The translations under genes were made by a program, and so were the position numbers. 64,000 nt of DNA from an uncultured Candidatus Poseidoniales archaeon (GTDB lineage Archaea; Thermoplasmatota; Poseidoniia; Poseidoniales; Thalassarchaeaceae), in the NCBI GenBank assembly GCA_963934015.1, contig CAWVWT010000002.1, positions 11,657 through 75,656 on the forward strand. The letters are read 5' to 3'. The notes under the pieces were generated by a model. It was not told where the DNA came from. It did not search any database and was given only the letters and a program-made list of their open reading frames with translations. Shown one piece after another: positions 26,611 to 35,877 of this stretch (position 1 is the stretch's first letter; every line of letters begins with the position of its first letter).

Positions 26611-27879
26611 ATGAGAGACTATATTGCACGAGATCCCAAAACAGGCAAGCCATTGCATACGGGAAAAAGACGGCGGAAACACATCGATTTAGCATACAAA
26701 CCTCAAGAGGGGGCGTGGGATTCTATCCCACTCGATAGAATCCTCCCTCTCGCGAGTGGCGATATTGATCTACACGCCGTTTATTGGCGTGATAAAGAGA
26801 AGTTGATGCGCCAACCTGACGCGATTAGGGCATTGCCCCGGATACGCGGCCGAGACCAATTAGAAGCACACGCTGCACTCGAAGCCGCATTGAGTTCTCT
26901 CGACACACGATTGCGAATTGCAGGATTGGCCAGTTTACCATATTGTGCGTTGTTACATACTGAAAATTTGTTCGAGCACCTTCGCGAACTCCTCGATGAT
27001 GTCGACAGCGATGTTCAGGTGGCAGCACAGAAGTGCCTCATCGCCGTTGCACCCGTATTCCCTTCGGCCACTGAGGAAACCATGCGTCGTGAATTGAGAT
27101 TAGAAGAAAAAGCCCGAAGAAATTCTGCATTTGAGGCACTCAAACAGGTTGCGGGTTCATGGCCCGAAGTTGCCGAACTCCACATCGACGAATTAATTCG
27201 TGAAGAAGATAGCGAACTTCGCGGTATGGCGGCCGCGCTGCTATCACGTCTGGCTAAGCACAAGTCGGCCACTCTGTGGGACTTGATTGGCTGGTGCTTA
27301 CAAGATGAGTCTGTCATTGTCAGGCGGCACGCCGCTCGTGCCTTATTGCCACTCGCTACTCACGCCCCAAAAATTACTCAAATTGCTTTAGAGATGGCAT
27401 TTTTCGATGACGATGAGAAGGTGCGAAACTCAGCATTGAAAGCCTCGAAGAAGCTCGATCCAAGTTCCTTTAGAATGCAGCGATTAATTACTGATGGAAC
27501 ACGTCATTCTGATCGTAACATCCGCATATCTTGCATCAAGATGCTACCTATCATCATGGTAGATGCAGAGGTGAGAATTCAAGCATCAGAATTACTTGAG
27601 CAGGAAACAGACGCCCAAATACGTACTTTATTGCAAGAATTGATGATTGATGATTCACTCGAGGGAACTGAAGCCGAGAAAAATGCCTACCTGGCACCTG
27701 CTGAAAAGGTCGAAATGGATGAAGGTTCTATGGCAAATCTACCACCTACTACATTGGAATCTACCACGAAAGACGAACCCAAGAAATCACTCAATACCCC
27801 CGATATGATTCGAAGGCCAAGCCAAGATGAAATCTTCTACGGGGACGATTTTGACGACGGTACCGATGACCTCGTTTGA
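26611..27879 (+). CDS. HEAT-repeat (alpha-solenoid) protein
   Basis: Repeats LLDDVDSDVQVAA, LQDESVIVRRHAA, DDDEKVRNSAL; GGTGA upstream of ATG; acidic tail. Confidence 0.8.
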   Translation: MRDYIARDPKTGKPLHTGKRRRKHIDLAYKPQEGAWDSIPLDRILPLASGDIDLHAVYWRDKEKLMRQPDAIRALPRIRGRDQLEAHAALEAALSSLDTRLRIAGLASLPYCALLHTENLFEHLRELLDDVDSDVQVAAQKCLIAVAPVFPSATEETMRRELRLEEKARRNSAFEALKQVAGSWPEVAELHIDELIREEDSELRGMAAALLSRLAKHKSATLWDLIGWCLQDESVIVRRHAARALLPLATHAPKITQIALEMAFFDDDEKVRNSALKASKKLDPSSFRMQRLITDGTRHSDRNIRISCIKMLPIIMVDAEVRIQASELLEQETDAQIRTLLQELMIDDSLEGTEAEKNAYLAPAEKVEMDEGSMANLPPTTLESTTKDEPKKSLNTPDMIRRPSQDEIFYGDDFDDGTDDLV

Positions 27880-27952
27880 CTCTAATATCTCCCCGTAGGG
27901 GAGGCGGCACGGTTAAAGAGGGGCGGAAAGTCGCCGACGCCGAGGAATCTGC

Positions 27953-28168
27953 ATGAGCGCCGAAGAGTTCGATACAAAGCGTGCGCAGTTCAGCAATCTT
28001 TGGGATGGCATTACGCCCAAAGGGGTCAACCGCACCAAGGCCCTCAAATTCCGTCAATACATCCGTGAGCATGTCCGCCAAAAAAGAGTGCCACTAACTC
28101 GAACAAACTGTGAGAAGTATTGGATGGGTGAATTACAGAAGGAAATGCGCGACGCGGAGACCTTCTGA
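27953..28168 (+). CDS. Small basic hypothetical protein
   Basis: 71-aa ATG ORF after TTAAAG promoter-like element, 14 nt upstream of the helicase. Confidence 0.7.
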   Translation: MSAEEFDTKRAQFSNLWDGITPKGVNRTKALKFRQYIREHVRQKRVPLTRTNCEKYWMGELQKEMRDAETF

Positions 28169-28182
28169 ACGGGCTGACACAG

Positions 28183-29610
28183 ATGTCTGCTACCAATGCA
28201 CTTTCGACCGTCCGATTTTCGGATTGGGACCTTTCACCAGATGTGGCCGCCGCAATTTCTTCCAAAGGTTGGGAATTTGCTACACCTATTCAGGCTGAGG
28301 CCATACCTCTGGCCCGCTCTGGAACAGATATTGTTGGGCAAGCCCGCACGGGTTCGGGGAAAACTGTTGCATTTGGAATACCAATCATCGAAAATTGTGA
28401 GCCTACCGGCCAAACACAGGCATTGGTTCTTTGCCCGACCCGGGAATTGGCAACCCAAGTTAGTGAGGAAATGCAGTGGTTACAGGGTGGTAAAGGCCTC
28501 AATTTCGCTACTGTTTATGGTGGTACTGACATCGATAAACAAGCCAAGGTATTGGATGCTGGATGCGATATCATCGTCGGTACACCTGGGCGCGTCATCG
28601 ATATGAGCAAACGTGGGCACATCAAATTAGACAGTATCACACATTTCGCTCTTGACGAAGCAGATCGGATGCTCGATATGGGTTTCTTTCCTGACATCCT
28701 ATGGTGCCTTGAGCGTCTGACAAACAGGCAGCAAACCCTTCTGTTTTCCGCTACATTTCCACAAGAAATCCTTGAAGCTGCAAATGAATTCATTTCTGAT
28801 GCGGAGCATGTCATGAGTGACGATTTAGATGTTGAAGTCCCGGAAATCGACCAATTCATGGTTCGAATCGGGCGTGCAAACAAACTCTGGGTACTAGGGC
28901 GCCTAATGGTACGCCTCACGAAGGAAGATCAAGTCCTCATCTTCTCCAACACCAAGCGGATGGTCGACCTCCTCGTCGAACGGTTGGATCGCCATCGCTT
29001 CCCAGCCACCGGATTGCATGGAGACATGGCGCAAAACAAGCGTGAACGAATCATCTCTGATTTCCGTGATGGAAAGACCCAAGTTGTCGTCGCAACTGAT
29101 GTTGCAGCCAGAGGGTTGGATGTAGATGGTGTTACACTTGTCATTAATTATGACATTCCTGCAGATTCAGAATCTTATGTACACCGCATCGGACGTACCG
29201 GTCGAATGGGTCGGAAAGGTGAGGCGTGGTCGTTCGTATCTGGCGAAGATGGGCCTAATATGACCAAAATCATCTCGACTTGGAATATGGTTGTCAAGGA
29301 GGTCTCGGCTCCAGAACTCCCAGAAGGGGTCGATCGAGATCCTGTGCGCAAGCAAATGGATTGGGGGGAAAGTGCGGATGTATTCGGAATGGTTCCCATT
29401 CGATTATCCACCAGTGAGACATCCAAACTGGCCATACACAATTTTGTGATTGAACAAGCTAGGCTACCTGATTTGGCAATCGGGCAAATCCAAACTGATG
29501 GTACACAAGCAGTCGTTGAGATTCACAGAGAGAAGGCCCAACACGCACTAGATGCTCTCAAAGGGAAATCGATGAATGGTGCCAATGTCGATGTGCAAAT
29601 CGCAGATTGA
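28183..29610 (+). CDS. DEAD-box RNA helicase with C-terminal DbpA-like RNA-binding domain
   Basis: Q motif, ARTGSGKT, PTRELA, DEAD, SAT, ARGLD, HRIGRTGR. Confidence 0.95.
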   Translation: MSATNALSTVRFSDWDLSPDVAAAISSKGWEFATPIQAEAIPLARSGTDIVGQARTGSGKTVAFGIPIIENCEPTGQTQALVLCPTRELATQVSEEMQWLQGGKGLNFATVYGGTDIDKQAKVLDAGCDIIVGTPGRVIDMSKRGHIKLDSITHFALDEADRMLDMGFFPDILWCLERLTNRQQTLLFSATFPQEILEAANEFISDAEHVMSDDLDVEVPEIDQFMVRIGRANKLWVLGRLMVRLTKEDQVLIFSNTKRMVDLLVERLDRHRFPATGLHGDMAQNKRERIISDFRDGKTQVVVATDVAARGLDVDGVTLVINYDIPADSESYVHRIGRTGRMGRKGEAWSFVSGEDGPNMTKIISTWNMVVKEVSAPELPEGVDRDPVRKQMDWGESADVFGMVPIRLSTSETSKLAIHNFVIEQARLPDLAIGQIQTDGTQAVVEIHREKAQHALDALKGKSMNGANVDVQIAD

Positions 29611-30570
29611 CTATTCTTCACCATCCCCTGTACTCAGTGGTTCTATTTTGAGGATGGCCATACCGCTGATAATTCCAGAAAATAACCACAATCGTACAGA
29701 ACGATCCCACGCATTTGGCCAAATTTCCGCCGCATCCGTGCGGCATTCAGCCCCCTCACATTCTTCTGAAATAGTCTTAAAATGCAAATTTTCATCTTTC
29801 ATTGTCACTTCATGGGTTGCCCAAATCGCAATAAGTGCACATATAATCAGGGTTACAATGGATGCTGTAGGCAGTGTTTCGCGGATTTTGATTTGCTTTA
29901 GTTTAGGGATGTCGGATAGAGCCGGATTGGCTTTGGTATTACGAACCCCATTCCGTTCTAACTGGATGTACCAAATGATCCAAAATAGTACAAGCAATAT
30001 CAGAAAACCTTGACGGAAAATGAATTCGTGCATTTCATTCATCTGTGCTTCACCATACTTCATTCCGATGGGGTAGAGGGCAACCAATCGAAGAAAATTT
30101 AGGAATTGAACAATAAATACCATCCCAATCAAAGAGCGGTTACGAATCCTTCTATCAACACCGGGTGTCAACAGCATTAGTACGCCAAGGAACATTATTT
30201 CATGAACCCCTGCACATTCTGCATCAATGTACAAAGGTATTTCTCCATTATAGAATCCTGAGCCAATCAGATTGACGCCAGTCCAAGATTGAGATGGGCC
30301 ATGGAATACCAATTCGGCAGAACCAGGCCAGAGTAGATTGGAAACCCCTGTCCATAACCATGCCAAGAAAACTTGTAACGGTTCTAGACTTGCATCTGGT
30401 TCAGTGGCCCACCAATATATGATCTCGACAAATACCAATGCGAGAGGAATGCGTAGATACCCATAGGCCATTTCACCTACTTCAGACCAAGACAAGTCGT
30501 CCTTTGGTCGACTCTTCTGATTCGCTCGCACATCCCCTCCAGCACCGGTTCCCGCTTCAATCCCTCTCAT
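29611..30570 (-). CDS. Archaeosortase/exosortase family membrane transpeptidase
   Basis: IDAECAG (Cys), LNFLR (Arg), MHEF (His) in a multi-TM protein. Confidence 0.82.
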   Translation of the reverse strand: MRGIEAGTGAGGDVRANQKSRPKDDLSWSEVGEMAYGYLRIPLALVFVEIIYWWATEPDASLEPLQVFLAWLWTGVSNLLWPGSAELVFHGPSQSWTGVNLIGSGFYNGEIPLYIDAECAGVHEIMFLGVLMLLTPGVDRRIRNRSLIGMVFIVQFLNFLRLVALYPIGMKYGEAQMNEMHEFIFRQGFLILLVLFWIIWYIQLERNGVRNTKANPALSDIPKLKQIKIRETLPTASIVTLIICALIAIWATHEVTMKDENLHFKTISEECEGAECRTDAAEIWPNAWDRSVRLWLFSGIISGMAILKIEPLSTGDGEE

Positions 30571-30616
30571 GGATACCCCCGTCGCATTGAAGAAAGGAGA
30601 GCACCCGTCGCAGATT

Positions 30617-30862
30617 ATGGCACATGAGGACGCCAACGTCACTCTCGACGTACTCGGTTTCTACTGTCCCGTACCTGTCCATGAAACGAAACGTGTGCTG
30701 GCAACAATGTCTTTGGGTGACATAATTCTCGTGATGGCAGATGATCCTGAAACCAAAATGGATATACCCGCACTCTTGAATAGAAGTGGTGATACACTGC
30801 TGAGTGTAGAGGAAGAGGCGGGAGAGTACCATTACCGAATTCGCAAGGAGGCCCACATATGA
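30617..30862 (+). CDS. tusA: TusA/SirA-like sulfur carrier
   Basis: LDVLGFYCPVP, ADDPET. Confidence 0.88.
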   Translation: MAHEDANVTLDVLGFYCPVPVHETKRVLATMSLGDIILVMADDPETKMDIPALLNRSGDTLLSVEEEAGEYHYRIRKEAHI

Positions 30863-31482
30863 CCCCAATAGTCGAGAAAAACGATGTCCCGGCAGATGCG
30901 CGATTGCCCACAGCCCACGGCGAGTTTCGAATCCGTGTTTTTCACGACAAAAAAACCGGTTTTGATCACGTCGCTTTAACACTGGGGGATATGAATGGTC
31001 CGGACTCAGTCTTGGTTCGCTTACATTCAGAATGCTTAACTGGTGATGCATTCAGTTCAGCAAGATGCGATTGTGGTCCACAACTTGGCGCTGCGCTTCA
31101 GGCCATTCAAGAGCACGGGTGGGGCTGCCTTCTGTATTTACGTCAAGAGGGTCGCGGTATTGGCTTACACGCGAAAATTCAAGCTTATAATTTGCAGGAC
31201 AAAGGTGCCGATACATTGGATGCGAATCTAATGCTCGGCCATCCAATCGACGCACGCGATTATCGAATCGCAGCCGACATGCTTCGAGCGGTTGGAATTA
31301 GTGATGTTTGCCTTCTTACCAATAATCTGGACAAAGTTAGTGCGCTACAGGATTTGGGTATCATAGTCACCGAACGAATGCCATTGGTTGTTGGAATCAA
31401 TGAGGAAAACCGTGCATATTTGGAAACCAAGGCTACCAGAATGGGCCATGAAATCTCGCAGCATGAGCTTGGAATTGAGTAA
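30859..31482 (+). CDS. ribA: GTP cyclohydrolase II
   Basis: RLHSECLTGD, RCDCG, QEGRGIGL, LLTNN. Confidence 0.95.
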   Translation: MTPIVEKNDVPADARLPTAHGEFRIRVFHDKKTGFDHVALTLGDMNGPDSVLVRLHSECLTGDAFSSARCDCGPQLGAALQAIQEHGWGCLLYLRQEGRGIGLHAKIQAYNLQDKGADTLDANLMLGHPIDARDYRIAADMLRAVGISDVCLLTNNLDKVSALQDLGIIVTERMPLVVGINEENRAYLETKATRMGHEISQHELGIE

Positions 31483-31558
31483 TGGGGCCGCGACCGGGAG
31501 TTGAACCCGGGGTGGCAGAGCCACAATCTACCGTCCTAACCACTAGACCACCGCAGCC
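31483..31558 (-). tRNA. tRNA-His (GUG), encoded G-1 and CCA
   Basis: Reverse complement GGCTGCGG...GTAGA-TTGTGGC-TCTGC...GGGTTCAACTCCCGGTCGCGGCCCCA folds as a cloverleaf. Confidence 0.95.
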
Positions 31559-31676
31559 ACGATGTAAAACGGCGACCTGCGCACGGTATTTCAAGCAAGC
31601 GCAGGGCGCCGCTACACATACACGCATGCACTCGTGCAGGCGAGGGATTCAAGGGGCTGCTCGGCAGCGCAGGTCT

Positions 31677-34148
31677 ATGCACACCCGTAACCTCTCGGTT
31701 TTGCTGGTTCTCATTCTCACCCTTTCGACCATGCCTATGGCTGTCAATGGTGATACAGTCATCCGTTCCGAAGTGGTGGACTTGTTACCAGCAGGCACCT
31801 TCGACAATGCCTCTGAATGGGATTTATCCACCAACAAGGCGTACAGCACTGATTCTGCCGAACATTCTGCATCAATGATCGCAGATGGCCGCCTGTCATT
31901 CACACACAATCGGCCAGTCAACTACAACGAAATTGCAGCGTGGGCCTCAGTTTCACCTTCGGGTGACAATCTATCCATCGGCTACCCAGATTGTTTCAAG
32001 CCAATATCTGACCCGGTTTGTGACAATGATTCCGATGGGGATTCCGATGGCGGTTTTTCTTGGACCAAAGGGCCTATTATCGAGCTTTCTGGTTTTGATT
32101 TGAGTGCGGGGTCTAACTATGAAATTGCAAATGTCTCACTATCTGTCGCATTCCGAGTCCCCGCCTCACTACAGCAAGATAGTGTACGCATTATTGTTGA
32201 ATCTGGAGGAACACAGCATTTGATTAAAACATATGCTCACACGATGGGTGAAGTGAATCACATGAATTACAATGCAATGGTGTACTCATTGGATGGTATC
32301 CAATCTTGGACTTGGGCCGAATTGTCGAGCCTCACAATCATGCTTGATTACGTTTCAGTTGGTGAATTTGATGATACGGAATTGCAAGTGGATGCAGCGG
32401 GCTTAATTGTAAAGCATTTGCAACCTTGGGGGACTTTTGAATTGGCCCAGGCCTCACATTCGGTTTTGTTTGAAGAATTCCCAATAATCGAAATCAATCT
32501 AACAACGGGATCATTTGATGGATTATCATTGTCCCCTTGCGGTTTGGAAAATACAGGTCAAAATTCAGGTACTTGGGTAACATCACCGTTAGCACTTCCA
32601 CATGGACAGGCTTGGGGACGCTTCCATCCTGATCTGTCAGGTAATGCCAGTTGGCATTATTCTACATCAGAAAATGGTGAGGGGTGGTCCACAGTGATGC
32701 CAATATCTGCTGGTGAAATAATTCAAACAATAGCACCTCATCTTCGTTTTCATGGCACTCTAATCGATGGGTGTATCGAGGGCCTAACGGTCGATATCAA
32801 CAATCCGATGCTGACAATTCAAGGTGAAATTATTGGAGATGTGCATTCGATGGTGCCTGGGTTTGCCACGTTAAGGATTGCTATGAATGGGGAAGAAGTC
32901 GCCTCACACGACATCATGTCTAACAACTCAACATTTCACTTAATGGCTGCAGTGGGCCATCTCCTGTCACCTGGTGGCGGCGTTATTGAAGTGGGACTAT
33001 CGGCACGCTTCCATTGGTCTAGCAACGGAAGCTCAGAAGACATCATCATTCAGGTTGAAACAATGAGTATCAGTGGGGGTTTCCTAATCGAGTGGGATCG
33101 TGACCCAGTATGTGATGGACAAAATGACCAAATCTTCGATGAAGATGGGGGTGGGCGTTTGCTTGACTTCATTTACACATGTGCGGACGACATCACCCCA
33201 AATACCGACCTTGTTGTCACCGTGTCGAGTGCGGATACATCAATCCTGGATGCTAACTTCATAAATGGTCAGGTTCGACTTCAGCCTATCGCCGACGCCC
33301 ATGGCGAAACTACCGTAACTATTACTGTCAAGGATGAACGCCAGAATACTTGGGTAGATGAAATTGCAGTGATTATCACTGCTGTTGACGATTCACCAGA
33401 GATGGTATCGATTCCAGTTGAGCTGACCGTGGAAATCGATGAACCCATGTCCATCCCATTTGCATATTGGGACCGTGACACACCTTCCAATTTGTTGAAT
33501 ATTGAAATTACACCGGAGTGGGCTGTATTCTCAGCGGGTCAAATCACATTTAATCCAACCACAGTTGGGTCCCACTCCGTCATTATTTCAGTTACTGATG
33601 AGACAACAGAAATCAATCAAAGTGTCACAGTTATCGCTACAAAGCAGGCCGATGTTTGGGTGCAAAGCATTGACATCATCGATCAAAATACGGGGGAATC
33701 TTCGATTACCGAAGGCAATGATATTTCGATTGATGTTTTCGTTCGAAACAGTGGGCATATTGTAGCACAACCTGTTACAGTACGTTGTTCGATTGACGGC
33801 CAAACGATTGGCACGCCACAAATCGCAATGATTGCCCCAGGCGGACTGGAAACAGCATCCTGCAATGAGTGGAATCGGTTGGACATTAAATCCGGAGAGG
33901 TTACTTTGGAGATTGAGATTGATTGGACGGGTGAAGTTGATGAAACAAACGAAGTGAACAACTTGTGGTCGACAATCATCACGGTCCAAGATCGAAACGA
34001 ATCTCCAGGCGATTCTGATAATGGGCTGCAAACAGACTCAATTCTCAATGAATACAATTCATTCCTGTGGATCAGTGTCACTGTACTCGGCCTGTTTGCC
34101 ATATTGGTATTCATTTATGGGCCAAATCAAATTCGGAAGATTGAGTAG
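31677..34148 (+). CDS. Surface protein with cadherin/Ig-like and CARDB domains, C-terminal TM
   Basis: Signal peptide; ADAHGETTVTITVKD; ADVWV...VRNSG...VDETNEVNN (CARDB); TM. Confidence 0.8.
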   Translation: MHTRNLSVLLVLILTLSTMPMAVNGDTVIRSEVVDLLPAGTFDNASEWDLSTNKAYSTDSAEHSASMIADGRLSFTHNRPVNYNEIAAWASVSPSGDNLSIGYPDCFKPISDPVCDNDSDGDSDGGFSWTKGPIIELSGFDLSAGSNYEIANVSLSVAFRVPASLQQDSVRIIVESGGTQHLIKTYAHTMGEVNHMNYNAMVYSLDGIQSWTWAELSSLTIMLDYVSVGEFDDTELQVDAAGLIVKHLQPWGTFELAQASHSVLFEEFPIIEINLTTGSFDGLSLSPCGLENTGQNSGTWVTSPLALPHGQAWGRFHPDLSGNASWHYSTSENGEGWSTVMPISAGEIIQTIAPHLRFHGTLIDGCIEGLTVDINNPMLTIQGEIIGDVHSMVPGFATLRIAMNGEEVASHDIMSNNSTFHLMAAVGHLLSPGGGVIEVGLSARFHWSSNGSSEDIIIQVETMSISGGFLIEWDRDPVCDGQNDQIFDEDGGGRLLDFIYTCADDITPNTDLVVTVSSADTSILDANFINGQVRLQPIADAHGETTVTITVKDERQNTWVDEIAVIITAVDDSPEMVSIPVELTVEIDEPMSIPFAYWDRDTPSNLLNIEITPEWAVFSAGQITFNPTTVGSHSVIISVTDETTEINQSVTVIATKQADVWVQSIDIIDQNTGESSITEGNDISIDVFVRNSGHIVAQPVTVRCSIDGQTIGTPQIAMIAPGGLETASCNEWNRLDIKSGEVTLEIEIDWTGEVDETNEVNNLWSTIITVQDRNESPGDSDNGLQTDSILNEYNSFLWISVTVLGLFAILVFIYGPNQIRKIE

Positions 34149-34289
34149 TGGTTTAACCGACAAAAAAACCCCATGTGGGCCGATAATGCGATATTCACCC
34201 TGAATGGTTATACAGGGTAGTCGCTTCTACGGGCTGTTCCCACAATGATTGGTGCTCCAATCAGGGGGTGGGTACAGGGGTGGAAACAC

Positions 34290-34355
34290 ATGGCGAAACT
34301 AAAGATTCGGCTCGAAACAGAGACGTGGATTTTTGAGGAATTTGAACAGGCATAA
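34290..34355 (+). CDS. Putative micro-ORF MAKLKIRLETETWIFEEFEQA
   Basis: ATG 6 nt after GGGGTGG in a 220-nt intergenic gap; in-frame upstream ATG at 34245. Confidence 0.35.
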   Translation: MAKLKIRLETETWIFEEFEQA

Positions 34356-34368
34356 TCGTTCAATCGAA

Positions 34369-35337
34369 TCAATCGGAAGGAGATTTCTTTTTCCATGCGC
34401 GAGGGTATACCTCGGGTGGTAGGAAGACTGAATCTGGGCGAGCAACCTCGCCTTCATTCATTTCACCAACCATTTCCGATCTCGTTAGCATAGATGCCAA
34501 AGCCACCAATTCACCTTTCATTGTCATCAATCGCACCATATCCCCGCGCTCCAAGTGATTGGCGATGGATACGATACCTGGCCGCATCAAGGGTGCTCCG
34601 TGCGCAATAGCGCCCGCAGCCCCATCTTTGATGATAACCTCGGGGAGTTCATTTACCAGTGATTCAATGGGTGAAAGAATCCTACGCAGTGCAACCTCTT
34701 CCCCCTTTTCCCTCCAAAGCCAAAAAGCATCTTTCAAATCTTGAAGTGATATTGATTGTGGTTCCGTGAATCTACCAGATTGTGTTCTCCTGAGTTCTTT
34801 CAATTCGACAGGGTGTCCAAGGAGCAACCCCAAATCACGAGCCAATGTACGGATGTATGTTCCTGCTTCACAGGTAATCTCAACCGCAGCATCTCGCCCG
34901 TCGACATCGATCAGGCGAGATTTCAGTCGACGACTTCGGACCTGAATCTTCACTGCGGAAATTTCAGGAGGGACATTGTACACTTGTCCTGATAATTGTG
35001 TTATTGCACGGCCAAGCGCATCCGCATCAAAGTCACGAGAACCCCGCAATATACCAACGTAAGTCTTGTCATGGCTGAGAACTTTCTTGGTTAGGCGCAT
35101 CGTACGGCCCGCGAGAAGGACAAGCACACCTGTGGCAAATGGATCTAATGTACCGCCGTGACCGAGCTTTTCAACTCCGATGATATCTCTAGCCCATGCC
35201 GAAACCTGATGGCTATTGGGCCCAGCTGGTTTGTCAATCACAATCATCCCCGCTTCTAGCAACTCTTCTATGGTTCGATCGAAAGGTTTGCAACCGTGAG
35301 CAGGCGATGTTTTTGCATCTGAATCTAATAAAATCAA
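34369..35337 (-). CDS. cbf5: H/ACA pseudouridine synthase Cbf5 (TruB family) with PUA domain
   Basis: DKPAGPNSHQV, GHGGTLDP, CEAGTYIR, ELRRT; TTG start overlaps the cmk stop, GGAGG upstream. Confidence 0.93.
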   Translation of the reverse strand: MILLDSDAKTSPAHGCKPFDRTIEELLEAGMIVIDKPAGPNSHQVSAWARDIIGVEKLGHGGTLDPFATGVLVLLAGRTMRLTKKVLSHDKTYVGILRGSRDFDADALGRAITQLSGQVYNVPPEISAVKIQVRSRRLKSRLIDVDGRDAAVEITCEAGTYIRTLARDLGLLLGHPVELKELRRTQSGRFTEPQSISLQDLKDAFWLWREKGEEVALRRILSPIESLVNELPEVIIKDGAAGAIAHGAPLMRPGIVSIANHLERGDMVRLMTMKGELVALASMLTRSEMVGEMNEGEVARPDSVFLPPEVYPRAWKKKSPSD

Positions 35338-35876
35338 TTGAACTCCTCCAAATGTTGTAGTACGCGAGTTAGAACTTCTTCGGCAGCCAGGGCATCTGAG
35401 TCGATGACGCATGTGTAGGGTTCATGAGAGTTAATGTCAATATCATAAAACTGAGAATAGCGACCCCCGTCATATTTCATCCTCTCGCGAATAAGATTCA
35501 ATTGTTCATCAATCGATCCTCCTTCACGGTTGACAACCCGTCCAGCACGAACACGCTCACTGACATCAATCCAAACTCTCGGGCAGCGTAGTTTGTTCTT
35601 GTAAGCCCACCAACCAGCCAATCGACTTTCAACAATTTCAGGGCTATCATCGGATAACATGGTTTCGGCCAAAAGCCTGTCCAATGATTGGTCAACAGAG
35701 TCATCTTCCATACAGTGTAGCCCGAATTCCTCTAGGGATAGGCCACGTTCTTCAGCCATGTCACGGAATACTTGCCCTCCGTTGAGTTTCTGCCAGTTAA
35801 GAGTTTTACAAATTCCATTAACAAGCGTACTGGTTCCTGAACCAGGATGGCCACTGATAGTCACTTTCGCACTCAC
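35334..35876 (-). CDS. cmk: Archaeal cytidylate kinase
   Basis: ISGHPGSGTST, GQVFR, ESRLAGW. Confidence 0.9.
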   Translation of the reverse strand: MSAKVTISGHPGSGTSTLVNGICKTLNWQKLNGGQVFRDMAEERGLSLEEFGLHCMEDDSVDQSLDRLLAETMLSDDSPEIVESRLAGWWAYKNKLRCPRVWIDVSERVRAGRVVNREGGSIDEQLNLIRERMKYDGGRYSQFYDIDINSHEPYTCVIDSDALAAEEVLTRVLQHLEEFN

Positions 35877-35877
35877 T

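Noticed and set aside
27905-27950. GGAAAGTC resembling the RNase P RNA 5' motif
   Set aside because: The gap is only about 70 nt and no matching 3' motif was found
31482-31676. N-terminal extension of the 888-aa ORF
   Set aside because: Overlaps tRNA-His; the signal peptide begins at ATG 31677
35338-35412. Cys-containing N-terminal extension of Cbf5 in the ORF track
   Set aside because: Lies within cmk; the TTG at 35337 with a GGAGG site is the better start
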